NCBI GenBank assembly: GCA_943846735.1
Contig: OX044364.1
Location: 2,361,271-2,425,270, forward strand
Source of the DNA: an uncultured Flavobacteriaceae bacterium
GTDB lineage: Bacteria > Bacteroidota > Bacteroidia > Flavobacteriales > Flavobacteriaceae
Direction: 5' to 3'
DNA: 64,000 nt
The translations under genes were made by a program, and so were the position numbers. The notes beneath the pieces are model-generated. The model worked only from the letters and a program-made list of their open reading frames with translations. It was not told where the DNA came from and did no database searches. This document shows positions 1 to 9,343 of the stretch, piece by piece (positions within the stretch are counted from its first letter, which is position 1; the number at the start of each line of letters is the position of its first letter).

Positions 1-345
1 GTCAATTCTATGCTCTTCAGCTCCTCCTGAATCGTTATTCATTGCCACCCATAATCTCCAAAGTACTTCCAGTAACTCCTGTTAGGTGTCCAATTGTATG
101 TTGTGCCAGTATTGTTGTCCCCAGTCATATTGAGCGTTTGGAACGTTTGTAAGACTTCCGCCATCTAATTTGTACTGAAATTTTATGTAATCAGCATCAC
201 GGTCTAGTGCGCCATCAAATTCGAATGTATGAGCTCAGTTTTAAATCATCATAATTGGATATGTCGATGGTTTGGGTTTGCCACTAGGCTGCTGTTACCG
301 GTCTATATCATCTCCTTCAAATATGTTATTACCATTATCCATTTC
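1..345 (-). pseudogene. degenerate 3' continuation of the PKD/PA14 surface-protein gene (frame changes and stops)
   Basis: Minus-strand translation gives coding-like pieces in three frames, all cut by stops: ..DNGNNIFEGDDIDR*, ..WQTQTIDISNYDDLKLSSY.., ..TFEFDGALDRDADYIKFQYKLDGGSLTNVPNAQYDWGQQYWHNIQLDT*, ..VAMNNDSGGAEEHRID. The 805-aa ORF upstream ends without any sorting domain. Confidence 0.35.
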
Positions 346-2763
346 TTACTTCAAAACGGTCCGCATTTGTTCCAGAGGTTTCAGTACTCCCATGTACGTG
401 TCGTAAGCATCTGTACCAGACGTATCGCCTTGACTTTCGTCTTCAAAATTTTCAAAGAATAACGTTTCGGTTGGGTTATTAACAGCAATCGTGGTTGTTG
501 CGGTATCACTACCACAACTTGATGTTGCAGTTAAGGTAACAGTATAAGTTCCTGTCTCGGTGTACTGATGGCTTGGGTTCGTCTCGGTTGATGTGGTGCT
601 ACCATCACCAAAATCCCAAACATAAGTGTCAAATCCTGTTGAAGTATTGGTAAAATTAACGGTATTATTAACTTCTATTGTGTTATTATCCGTAGTAAAA
701 CTTGCCAATTGTGGTGGTGAAGAGAACAAAACATCACCTGGTATTACTTCCGAAGGCGCATTTGTTGACTCTCCTGGCTTGGCCCAGCCAACGGCAAGAT
801 TATCGCCGCCCCCTTCTTCCTTCATAAAAGCTTCTATGTAATAGATTTGGCCTTCAGTTAAGCTAACTGGTGCTGATTTTTGAGATCCATATCTGTTCCA
901 TTGTCTCGAGTTTGTCCAAGCTCCCACCGTTGCTATGGTTGTTTTATTGGCAGGGTCTTCATCGGTACTTAAATTTAACTCACCGTTATCATCACTAGCA
1001 ATCCAGAAGACATAAGAACCTGTCGTTGGCGCCTTGATGTAACCACTTACTTTAACACCGTAATTATCTCTAACATTGGTTGGTATTTCAAAAGAATCTA
1101 AGATGCTTGTGGTTGAAGGGTTATTAGGATAGTTTGAGTTGCTCGTTAGATTAGAAACTGCGGTTCCGCTGATGCCGTTCCACTGTTCCATTGTAATACC
1201 CGGACTGTCAAGATTATATCCTTTGACAACAATGTTATCAATTAAAAAAAAATCTCCACCTCCCGTACCGCCAGAATCAGTATCTACAAAAAATCTAAAT
1301 TTATTTTGAGAGCTAAATGTGAAGTCATCACTTGAAATAACAACAATCTTTTTTTGCCGTGCATCATTTTCACCACAATCATTATTTTCAAAGTCATCAT
1401 TACCTAATCGAAAATTTTTAATCGTTGCCCATGAAGAACCACCATTGGAGCTGTACTGTAAATTGTAGCCTTCGTTGTTGTTATCCATACTGGTCACAAA
1501 GTGATCATATTCGATAGTTACAGCAGCATAATTTGATAGATCGTATGAGGATGATGTGAGCGTTTTGTTAGTAGTAATTCCAGAGGCTCCAGCACCAACT
1601 AAGGCTACGAATGGTGTTGATAAATAACCATTACATGTGTAATTAATTAATCCGCCGCCAGGTTGCGTACCATTTCTACTTGTTATGTAACTTTCGTTTT
1701 GCCTAGTAACTCGATTACCACCATCTATCCAAGTTCCAAAATCTGTATTAAAATTGTCATTTGACAGCACCGTAGGAGTGTCGCAATCATCAGAGCTATT
1801 AACCGTAATGGCTTGTGTGGCTGTGTCGCTTCCCGCGCTATTGGTTGCTGTAAGGGTAACTGTATAACTTCCTGCTAAGCTGTATTGATGAGAGGGGCTG
1901 GTTGCAGATGATGTGCTACTGCCATCTCCAAAATTCCACGAGTAACTCGTGGCATCCGATGAGCTATTTGTAAAACTAATTGTCTGAGAAGTTGTTACGG
2001 TTGTTGCGCTTGGAGTGAAGTTTGCTGTAGGGGTTGGGGTTGGAACATAAGGGCCACAAGATGAGAAATCCAATCCATTTGCTGGGGGAGTTGTGCAACT
2101 AGCATTTTCGCCATAGTTCGTGCCACCACATTGAAGGTAAGCAAAACCGTTGCATAGGATATCGTAAGAACCGTAAGTAATATATCCTGAGGTGCCTGAA
2201 ACCTTACCACTACTGGAAAGTTTTAGTTGCCCTGTTATTTCAATTGAGCCACTAACGTTTACTACTCCATTTGCAGTGTTTTCTAAATTTCCACCGACAG
2301 TAACATCTCCTGAAATTGTTTGGGTGTAGGAACCACTAGCTATTGTGTAATTTCCACCTACGTTTAAAGTCCCACTTATGGTAACAACATGTGCGAATCC
2401 CCCTGCAAAGTTACCAGTTACAATTAGCGTACTGCCTGCATCAACGATTATTTCACTGATGCGGCCTGTACCAGCAAATGTTAAATTTCCTGAAATGGTT
2501 AGTGTAGCTCCATTTGTAACACGTATTGAATTTCCTGATGTTACATTAAGACTCCCTGAGGAATTCATATCGTGTTGTACAACAACATCCTGTGTTCCTT
2601 GCCAAAATGTAAGATCAGGAATACCGGTAGGAGTCCAAGCAGAGGCTAAATTCCAATTTGTTGATGAGCCATTCGTGGAAGGGCTTTGAGCGTTTAAAAT
2701 TAAACATGATGATAGGGCAAACAGTAATACAAAAATTACTTGCGCAGAGTAAATTTTTTTCAT
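346..2763 (-). CDS. secreted cell-surface protein with two PKD domains and a PA14 domain (adhesin / glycan-binding-like)
   Basis: 805-aa ORF with signal peptide MKKIYSAQVIFVLLFALSSCLILNAQ. Two PKD repeats (..WNFGDGSSTSSATSPSHQYSLAGSYTVTLTATNSAGSD.. and ..WDFGDGSTTSTETNPSHQYTETGTYTVTLTATSSCGSD..). PA14-like block GVKVSGYIKAPTTGSYVFWIASDDNGELNLS. Confidence 0.8.
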   Translation of the reverse strand: MKKIYSAQVIFVLLFALSSCLILNAQSPSTNGSSTNWNLASAWTPTGIPDLTFWQGTQDVVVQHDMNSSGSLNVTSGNSIRVTNGATLTISGNLTFAGTGRISEIIVDAGSTLIVTGNFAGGFAHVVTISGTLNVGGNYTIASGSYTQTISGDVTVGGNLENTANGVVNVSGSIEITGQLKLSSSGKVSGTSGYITYGSYDILCNGFAYLQCGGTNYGENASCTTPPANGLDFSSCGPYVPTPTPTANFTPSATTVTTSQTISFTNSSSDATSYSWNFGDGSSTSSATSPSHQYSLAGSYTVTLTATNSAGSDTATQAITVNSSDDCDTPTVLSNDNFNTDFGTWIDGGNRVTRQNESYITSRNGTQPGGGLINYTCNGYLSTPFVALVGAGASGITTNKTLTSSSYDLSNYAAVTIEYDHFVTSMDNNNEGYNLQYSSNGGSSWATIKNFRLGNDDFENNDCGENDARQKKIVVISSDDFTFSSQNKFRFFVDTDSGGTGGGDFFLIDNIVVKGYNLDSPGITMEQWNGISGTAVSNLTSNSNYPNNPSTTSILDSFEIPTNVRDNYGVKVSGYIKAPTTGSYVFWIASDDNGELNLSTDEDPANKTTIATVGAWTNSRQWNRYGSQKSAPVSLTEGQIYYIEAFMKEEGGGDNLAVGWAKPGESTNAPSEVIPGDVLFSSPPQLASFTTDNNTIEVNNTVNFTNTSTGFDTYVWDFGDGSTTSTETNPSHQYTETGTYTVTLTATSSCGSDTATTTIAVNNPTETLFFENFEDESQGDTSGTDAYDTYMGVLKPLEQMRTVLK

Positions 2764-2869
2764 TCGGGTTAAGTTTATTAAAATGTCGTTTAAGTGATAC
2801 TAAACTGAGGGGAATACAAAGTTCGTTCTCGTTTGATTGATTTAGAAACAAATTCGACCATTAACTCTT

Positions 2870-2897
2870 TTACTTGTTTATTGTGTTAAACAAGTAA
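2870..2897. other. perfect 11-bp inverted repeat (TTACTTGTTTA-N6-TAAACAAGTAA) in the adhesin/AraC intergenic region
   Basis: Read directly from the sequence. No convincing T-run follows on either strand, so its role (terminator or operator) is open. Confidence 0.3.
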
Positions 2898-3282
2898 ATT
2901 TTATCGATGAAATACATAGTCATTTAAGCACTAATTTTTACTGTTTTTTTTCATAAAAATGTATGGGTGGTTTGGTATTTATCAATAGTAGTTTCATTAG
3001 TATTTTTTTTGGTAAAAAATGAAATATTTTAGATTTTTGTTATTGATTTTTAAGATTTTTAATAAAACGATTGTCTTGAAGATTTTTTTTGGGTGTAATT
3101 TTTGATGAGGTTTTATTCAAACATGTTTATTTTTTTGTTTCTAATATGATGGCATGTGTAACAGAATTTTCAGTGATTTTACAAGCCTATCAGACTCAAT
3201 AATGTATCGTGCCATAATCTTTGTAAAAACAAATTTTTTTCAAATACTCTTGATTAATGCGTTATGTATCTAAAATATGGAA

Positions 3283-4413
3283 TCAACTATTTTTCGCGAA
3301 AGTTGCAGGTGTTATACCTTCACTTTTCTTGAAAGCACGATAAAAGGAATTTGTCGAGCCAAATCCTGATTCTTGACTTAAAGCATCAATGTTGTGAGCT
3401 TTTAAATAACCTTTTGCAATAAGATTTTTGGAGAAATTTATTTTAAATGAATTCCCGAAATCTGAAAAATTTTTAAAACCTTTTTCAGTTATCGATAGCG
3501 ATACTTCGTGAGCTTTTATGGAGAAATGATTACAGACATAGGTTAAATTAAATTCTGGCTTTAAAAATAGTTTCTCTTGCTCTATGGAGTTTGTAATGGT
3601 CTCGAAGATACGTGATAATTGTAGAGATTTTTTTCTGTTTTCTTTGTTTTGAAATGAGGGGTTCAAAAATTCAGGAATGTTGTACATTAAATTTAAATGT
3701 GATTTCAAATACAAAGAGGCATATATAAAGACAATTACGGCAAAATTTCTTGCAAGACTTATAAGTAACTCGTTGTTTGATTCTCTGAGAAACAATGAAA
3801 ACAAAACTAATAATATGGTTATCCCTGCTTTTATATGTGTGATTGTGAAAACCCATTTCTTTACAGCGTTAACTTGTTTAGAATCAGATTTAATTTTAAA
3901 ATATTTGTACAATAATCTATAGGTTAACCATAAATAGGTGAAACTGAAAACTACTCGCAGAAACCTTAATCCTTGCGGAATATTTGATTTTGAATAAATA
4001 ACCCAGAAAAGCTCATTATTACTCATGGTTTGTTGTGAAGCGTCGGGTGCGTATGGCAACGAGTATAAGAGTGCAAAAAACATAAACACCCCTAAATGAA
4101 TATAATTTTCTGGTGTTGATAGTTTTTTTTCATTAAATAAGACACTCCTAACATAGGCATAAAATAAAATTGGAATGGCATTTGTCCAAACAGAATTATA
4201 GCTTTCAAAATATCGTGCGTTTTCAAAAATATAAGCACTTAATATTTTAATAAAAACAGATCTAAATGTTAAAAATGAAATGATAAAAAAAATAAGCACT
4301 AAAATTTTATTGGACAGATATTTTAACTGTCTTGCATTTGAAATTAAATTAATTGCAATAATTAAAAGTGTAGTTGTCAGTAGGTAGAGACTTATTTCAA
4401 GTAAAAATATCAT
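3283..4413 (-). CDS. AraC-family transcriptional regulator with N-terminal polytopic membrane domain
   Basis: 376-aa ORF. The first ~240 aa are hydrophobic helices. The C-terminus is an AraC-type HTH (..HNIDALSQESGFGSTNSFYRAFKKSEGITPATFAK..). Confidence 0.7.
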   Translation of the reverse strand: MIFLLEISLYLLTTTLLIIAINLISNARQLKYLSNKILVLIFFIISFLTFRSVFIKILSAYIFENARYFESYNSVWTNAIPILFYAYVRSVLFNEKKLSTPENYIHLGVFMFFALLYSLPYAPDASQQTMSNNELFWVIYSKSNIPQGLRFLRVVFSFTYLWLTYRLLYKYFKIKSDSKQVNAVKKWVFTITHIKAGITILLVLFSLFLRESNNELLISLARNFAVIVFIYASLYLKSHLNLMYNIPEFLNPSFQNKENRKKSLQLSRIFETITNSIEQEKLFLKPEFNLTYVCNHFSIKAHEVSLSITEKGFKNFSDFGNSFKINFSKNLIAKGYLKAHNIDALSQESGFGSTNSFYRAFKKSEGITPATFAKNS

Positions 4414-4972
4414 TAAACTGTCTGAAAGCTAATTTGAAGTTTGAATTAACAACTTTTTGTTAAAATAAAAAACATTTCATTCAAATTTCTCAAGATCAAA
4501 TTAGGTCTAAATTATAATTTAATGCAAAGCTAATTTTGTTTTCGTGTTTCTCTTGTAGTGCTTATGTATGGGTGATTTTAACTTAATTTTTTAGCTAATA
4601 ATTTGTTCAAATCGGTTAATGTCTACAATCTAAGGAAGCTAAAAACACCTATAAATAATTGTTTTTCAGTAGCTTATAAAACTTGTGAGAATAGTCCACC
4701 TATCATATAGGCTCTGTGATTTTTTGTTATATAAACTTTGATGAAGACATCGTATAATGGCCTTTAATAAACACATATTTTATTCAATTTATATCATTTT
4801 TTTTTTTGACATAATTCAATACTTGCGTTTTACAAGGTTTAATAACTTTCCTTGTATATTGCAATTGTTTTAAGTGAATACTAATTTGAGGGGTCAATTT
4901 ATCACTTAAAATAAATGCTTGAAAAAGCACTTTGTTCGACATTTTACACTGAGACAACACCTACTTAATGTT

Positions 4973-6040
4973 ATGGATTCTAACTTCCTTGTTTACGCCG
5001 CATTGCCTCTATTTTTCTCAGGAATAAGTTTTTTGTTGACTTTTGGATTTATTAGTTATCTCAGAAATAGAAAAACAGCCTTAACCCTAAAATATGGTAA
5101 AGGAGGAGGGAGTAAATTACAGTCTAAAATTTATCTTTTTGGAGGAGCCATTGTGTTTACAACAACGTGTATTACAATTTTAATGTTGTATTTAGTTGGT
5201 GTCGTCAATGTTCTAGACTTTGTACCTTTTTTGATAGCGATTCTTGGTTTTATGTTGTTGGGCTTAGTAGATGATTTATACAAGCTAACACATCTTACCA
5301 AATCAGTTGCTCAAATCATTTTAGTGTCATTATATCTGTTGATGACACACATTGACGTTACAGAATTGTATCTGTTTACAGGTATAGACATGCTAAATGG
5401 TTGGTTCAGTTATTTCGTAACCGGTTTTTTGATTTTGTTGTTTATTAATATGATAAATATTATTGACGGAATTAATGGTTTGAGTTCGAGCTTATGCGTT
5501 CTTGCAGCATTATTTTTTTCGTATCATGCGTTTTTAGTTGGCAATGATATGGTTGTATTTTTAAATATTGTTGTTATGGGTTCTTTGATAGCATTTATTT
5601 ATTTTAATGTGTTTTCTGATTTTACCATTTACATGGGTGATCATGGAGCCTACATTTTAGGATTTTATTTAGTAATTCATTGTTTTTGGTTACTTGGTGA
5701 TGCCGAAACTTTAATGTTGAGACAATTTTCTCCTATGATGGTTTTTGCGTTATTTAGTTATCCATTTATTGATTTGGTGAGGGTGATTATTATAAGAGTT
5801 TATAATGGTCTTAATCCAGTTAAGGGAGATAAAAGGCATTTACATTATGCATTTTTAACTCAAGGATTTTCCCATGGTCAAAGCACCTTTTATATTGTCT
5901 TTTCTACACTGTTAATCATTTTGATTGCAAGACAGTTAATTCAACTGGAATTAATTTACCAAGTACTGTCTCTATTGGGATTATCGCTAATATTATTTCA
6001 TATACCTCTTGTTTTTAGAGGTGTAAAGTTTAAATTTTAA
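4973..6040 (+). CDS. polyprenyl-phosphate HexNAc-1-phosphate transferase (WecA/MraY family), copy 1
   Basis: Polytopic membrane ORF with family motifs ..LVDDLYKL.., ..NMINIIDGINGLSS.. and ..MGDHGAYILGF.. The ORF is open from TTG 4919; the first ATG is at 4973, so the start is uncertain. Confidence 0.75.
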   Translation: MDSNFLVYAALPLFFSGISFLLTFGFISYLRNRKTALTLKYGKGGGSKLQSKIYLFGGAIVFTTTCITILMLYLVGVVNVLDFVPFLIAILGFMLLGLVDDLYKLTHLTKSVAQIILVSLYLLMTHIDVTELYLFTGIDMLNGWFSYFVTGFLILLFINMINIIDGINGLSSSLCVLAALFFSYHAFLVGNDMVVFLNIVVMGSLIAFIYFNVFSDFTIYMGDHGAYILGFYLVIHCFWLLGDAETLMLRQFSPMMVFALFSYPFIDLVRVIIIRVYNGLNPVKGDKRHLHYAFLTQGFSHGQSTFYIVFSTLLIILIARQLIQLELIYQVLSLLGLSLILFHIPLVFRGVKFKF

Positions 6041-6103
6041 TTTTTTTTTCTATTTTAGCAAAATCAATATAGAGTAATTAAAGTACTCGTAAATAAACAG
6101 GGT

Positions 6104-6622
6104 TTGCAATCACTAATTACATCGAAAACTCGGATCAAGTTATTAATTAAGTTTTTTCTTAATTCTAGTACTAAGGGTTATCTTAGAGGGCTCTCAAAAG
6201 AGTTTGATGAATCCACCAATGGAATACGAAAAGAATTAAACTCTTTAACCAAAGCCGGCTACTTGAGGGTCACGAAAAATGATTCAAATAAAAAGCTATA
6301 CACAGCTAATAAAAAACACCCACTTTACGATATTCTCCATCAAATTGTTTTAAAGGAGTTAGGTTTAGATCATATTGTTGCCTCAGTGCTTGATCGTATG
6401 GGTGGCGTCAAACGGATTATTGTGATTGGGGATTATGCCAATGGTTTAGATACTGGAGTGATTGATGTTGTTGTTGAGGGGGAAGCTTTAAATACAGATT
6501 ATATCGGTACGCTATCTGATAAAATGAAACAAAAAATAAATCGTAGTGTTCGTTTTTTATTGTGTGCTAATTATCAGGAGAAGGGTCTTGAATTATATAA
6601 TGTTTCCAAAGATGGAAAATAA
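6104..6622 (+). CDS. winged-helix (ArsR/MarR-like) transcriptional regulator at head of polysaccharide locus
   Basis: 172-aa ORF with TTG start. N-terminal wHTH-like segment ..GYLRGLSKEFDESTNGIRKELNSLTKAGYL.. The C-terminal half is uncharacterised. Confidence 0.5.
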   Translation: MQSLITSKTRIKLLIKFFLNSSTKGYLRGLSKEFDESTNGIRKELNSLTKAGYLRVTKNDSNKKLYTANKKHPLYDILHQIVLKELGLDHIVASVLDRMGGVKRIIVIGDYANGLDTGVIDVVVEGEALNTDYIGTLSDKMKQKINRSVRFLLCANYQEKGLELYNVSKDGK

Positions 6623-7082
6623 AAAACAGTGGTATGTGGTGGTGACAAAACCTCGGGCAGAACGTAAAGTTGCAGAACGTTTATTGCAAATGGATATCGA
6701 AGCTTTTTGTCCTACAAGGATTGAGCGTCGTCAATGGAGTGACCGAGTTAAAAAAATTGAGGTGTCATTATTGCCATCTATGGTGTTAGTCAATTTAGAG
6801 CAGAAGGATCGTGATCGTGTGTTCCAGACACAAGGTGTTTTGCGATATCTATTTTTCTTAGGGAAACCTGCACAGGTACGAAACGAAGAAATAGAGGCTT
6901 TAAGGGAAGTTGTTGAAAAGGGATCACATGTTTTAGAAGTTAGAAGTATATCGCCGGGAGATCGGATAGAGGTGCCTGGATTTGGGTCTTTACCACAAAA
7001 AGGAATTGTAAGGCAAGTTTCTGGTAATAAATGTTGGGTGGTATTAGAACAATTAGGGTATGTGGTTACCCTTCAGTTATAA
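6600..7082 (+). CDS. UpxY-family (NusG-like) transcription antiterminator
   Basis: NusG N-terminal-like ..KQWYVVVTKPRAERKVAERLLQMDIEAFCPT.. and KOW-like C-terminus ..GDRIEVPGFGSLPQKGIVRQVSGNKCWVVLE.. ATG at 6600 (or 6612) overlaps the end of the preceding regulator. This is the position typical of capsule-locus antiterminators in Bacteroidota. Confidence 0.7.
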   Translation: MFPKMENKKQWYVVVTKPRAERKVAERLLQMDIEAFCPTRIERRQWSDRVKKIEVSLLPSMVLVNLEQKDRDRVFQTQGVLRYLFFLGKPAQVRNEEIEALREVVEKGSHVLEVRSISPGDRIEVPGFGSLPQKGIVRQVSGNKCWVVLEQLGYVVTLQL

Positions 7083-7195
7083 TTAAAAGAACATTCGAAG
7101 CGTTGTTTTTGAATGTTTGTAAATATGTAAAATAATCAATTTCAGTTAGTTGAATAATGTAATGTGACTGATGGAGGCGAAGCTGTGGAAAATAT

Positions 7196-8044
7196 ATGGG
7201 TAACAAAGTAGTTTACGAACCAAATCAATATGCCAAAATTGGTTTTTTAAAGACCATGCTGGTTATAATAAAAAATACTATTGCTTCTAAAGAATTAATT
7301 TTTCAGTTATACAAACGTGATTTTTTAATGCAGTATAAAAAATCATTTTTAGGTCTAGGTTGGATGATATTTGGCCCTATTATGGGGGTAGTTTCATGGG
7401 TGTTGATGGACTCAGCAGGGGTGTTATCTCCCGGTGATGTTGGTGTGCCGTACCCTGTGTATGTGTTATTTGGCACCTCAATATGGGGGCTTTTTATGAG
7501 TTTTTTCACCAGTACAAGCCAAACCCTGCAAATTGCTGCAGGGTTTATACAACAAGTTAATTTTCATCACGAGGCTCTGGTATTTAAGCAGGGGCTTCAA
7601 AATTTAACCAACTTTGGTATTTCACTTATTATAAATATTGTTGTGATGCTCTCTTTTGGGGTGATGCCAACAGGGTTTATTCTATTAGTGCCTTTGTTTA
7701 TAATCCCTATATTTTTCTTGGCGGCTAGTGCTGGTTTAATTGTCTCTATTTTGAGTACTCTTACCTCAGATGTGTCTAGAATTGCATCTTTTTTTCTTTC
7801 ATTACTTATGTTTATCACCCCTGTTATTTACGACTCTTCAGAGAAAGTAGTTTGGTTGCAACAGTGTAATTTATACAACCCTTTAACGTATTTAATAACT
7901 GCCCCCAGAGATTTAATATTAACAGGAACCATGTCAAATCCTTTCTATTATATAGTATCTATTGTCATGGCTATCCTTCTTTTTATGGTGGCGCTTCGCT
8001 TTTTTTACATTTCAGAAAAAAAAGTAATTGAAAAAATGATTTAA
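7196..8044 (+). CDS. wzm: ABC-2 type polysaccharide export permease
   Basis: 282-aa ORF with about 6 TM helices, directly upstream of the Wzt-type ATPase. N-terminal ..LYKRDFLMQYKKSFLGLGW.. is typical of ABC-2 permeases. Confidence 0.75.
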   Translation: MGNKVVYEPNQYAKIGFLKTMLVIIKNTIASKELIFQLYKRDFLMQYKKSFLGLGWMIFGPIMGVVSWVLMDSAGVLSPGDVGVPYPVYVLFGTSIWGLFMSFFTSTSQTLQIAAGFIQQVNFHHEALVFKQGLQNLTNFGISLIINIVVMLSFGVMPTGFILLVPLFIIPIFFLAASAGLIVSILSTLTSDVSRIASFFLSLLMFITPVIYDSSEKVVWLQQCNLYNPLTYLITAPRDLILTGTMSNPFYYIVSIVMAILLFMVALRFFYISEKKVIEKMI

Positions 8045-8067
8045 AACATAAGTGATCAACAATAATT

Positions 8068-9342
8068 ATGAGTGATGTTTTAATAAAAGTAGACCACCTA
8101 TCCAAAAAATTTTGCAGGTCTTTAAAGCGCAGCATGTACTATGGTGTTACAGATGCACTTAAAACTATGGTGGGTATAAACTATAGCACAGATACCTTAA
8201 GACCTTCAGAGTTTTGGTCTTTAAATGATATTAGTTTTAAGTTAAGAAAAGGAGAAACCCTGGGTATTCTTGGCGCAAATGGCTCTGGTAAAAGTACGCT
8301 GCTTAGATTGCTTGCAGGAATATTTCCTCCAGACCATGGCAAAATAGAAATAAACGGTAATATTGGCGCATTAATTGCTGTGGGAGCTGGATTTCATCCT
8401 CACATGACGGGGTATGAAAACATTTATTTAAACGGTACTATCCTGGGTCTAACAAAAGATAGAATTGATGAGATAATTAATGATATAACTACCTTTTCTG
8501 AAATTCCAGAAGACGCCTTGAACGCACCCGTTGCAACCTATAGTAGCGGAATGAAGGTGCGGCTTGGTTTTTCTGTGGCTATGCACAGTGAGCCAGATAT
8601 ACTGCTTGTAGATGAGGTGCTTAGTGTGGGAGATATTGGGTTTAAGAATAAGGCAGTTCGTAAAATGAATGAATTTCGCGAAAAAGCAAATGGGTTGATA
8701 TTCATCTCTCACGATCTAGAACAGATGCGCATGCTTTGCGATAGAGTTATTGTTTTGGATAAGGGTAAGTGTGTGTTTGAAGGTGAAACAGAAAAAGGAT
8801 GTATTGCTTATGAGCAAATTATTCATAAGAGCAAAATTGAATTACAGGAAAAATCAAAAATTAAGTTTGAGCAGAGTTACAGTAAAGTTTCATTTAAAGA
8901 TTCTAATATTAATTTACTTGATATTGATATTATTGATTTAAATAACAGCAACATCACTGATGTAGGTTTGAACGATAATTTAATTATTGAAGTTATATTT
9001 AAATTAAATAATTCAATCAAAGATTTATCTATATATGTGCCCATTGCCAAAGAATCTAACCCTTTTTTTTGGTGTATTGACTTAGCTAGTGATTTAAATA
9101 ATAATGCAAATTTTGGAAGGCTTGAGCCTGGTAATTATTCTGTGAAAGTCACTTTAGACAAACACAATTTGTCACCTGGTGTCTACTTGTTTGGAACCAT
9201 CACTTTTCGCAACAACAAAACCTATGAAACTTATAATAAAACCAGAGTAGCAAAAATGTTTACTGTTAATTCTGGAAACAAGAAATTAAACAGAGGGGTT
9301 GTAAATGTAAATGATCAGTGGTGTTTAAAGAAAATAAAATAG
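8068..9342 (+). CDS. wzt: polysaccharide ABC exporter ATP-binding protein with C-terminal glycan-binding (Wzt_C-like) extension
   Basis: Walker A GANGSGKSTLL, signature YSSGMKVRLGFS, Walker B ILLVDEVLSVGD. An extra ~170-aa beta-rich C-terminal domain follows the NBD. Confidence 0.8.
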   Translation: MSDVLIKVDHLSKKFCRSLKRSMYYGVTDALKTMVGINYSTDTLRPSEFWSLNDISFKLRKGETLGILGANGSGKSTLLRLLAGIFPPDHGKIEINGNIGALIAVGAGFHPHMTGYENIYLNGTILGLTKDRIDEIINDITTFSEIPEDALNAPVATYSSGMKVRLGFSVAMHSEPDILLVDEVLSVGDIGFKNKAVRKMNEFREKANGLIFISHDLEQMRMLCDRVIVLDKGKCVFEGETEKGCIAYEQIIHKSKIELQEKSKIKFEQSYSKVSFKDSNINLLDIDIIDLNNSNITDVGLNDNLIIEVIFKLNNSIKDLSIYVPIAKESNPFFWCIDLASDLNNNANFGRLEPGNYSVKVTLDKHNLSPGVYLFGTITFRNNKTYETYNKTRVAKMFTVNSGNKKLNRGVVNVNDQWCLKKIK

Positions 9343-9343
9343 T

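Noticed and set aside
626-2851. ORFs 626..841(+), 1995..2210(-), 2378..2689(+), 2615..2851(-) and 2658..2840(+) overlapping the PKD/PA14 gene; also 229..462(+)
   Set aside because: They lie antisense to or out of frame with a long, motif-rich gene, have low-complexity or odd composition, and show no recognisable motifs. They are treated as shadow ORFs.
6546-6599. N-terminal extensions of track ORFs: 6546 for the UpxY-like gene, 11971 for GT2, 40818 for YceI, 50985 for the lipoprotein, 52281 for the membrane protein, 57125 for TauE and 58439 for MoaD
   Set aside because: The extensions overlap the preceding gene or read as non-protein-like sequence. Internal starts give canonical N-termini (signal peptides, the GT2 first strand, MoaD length).
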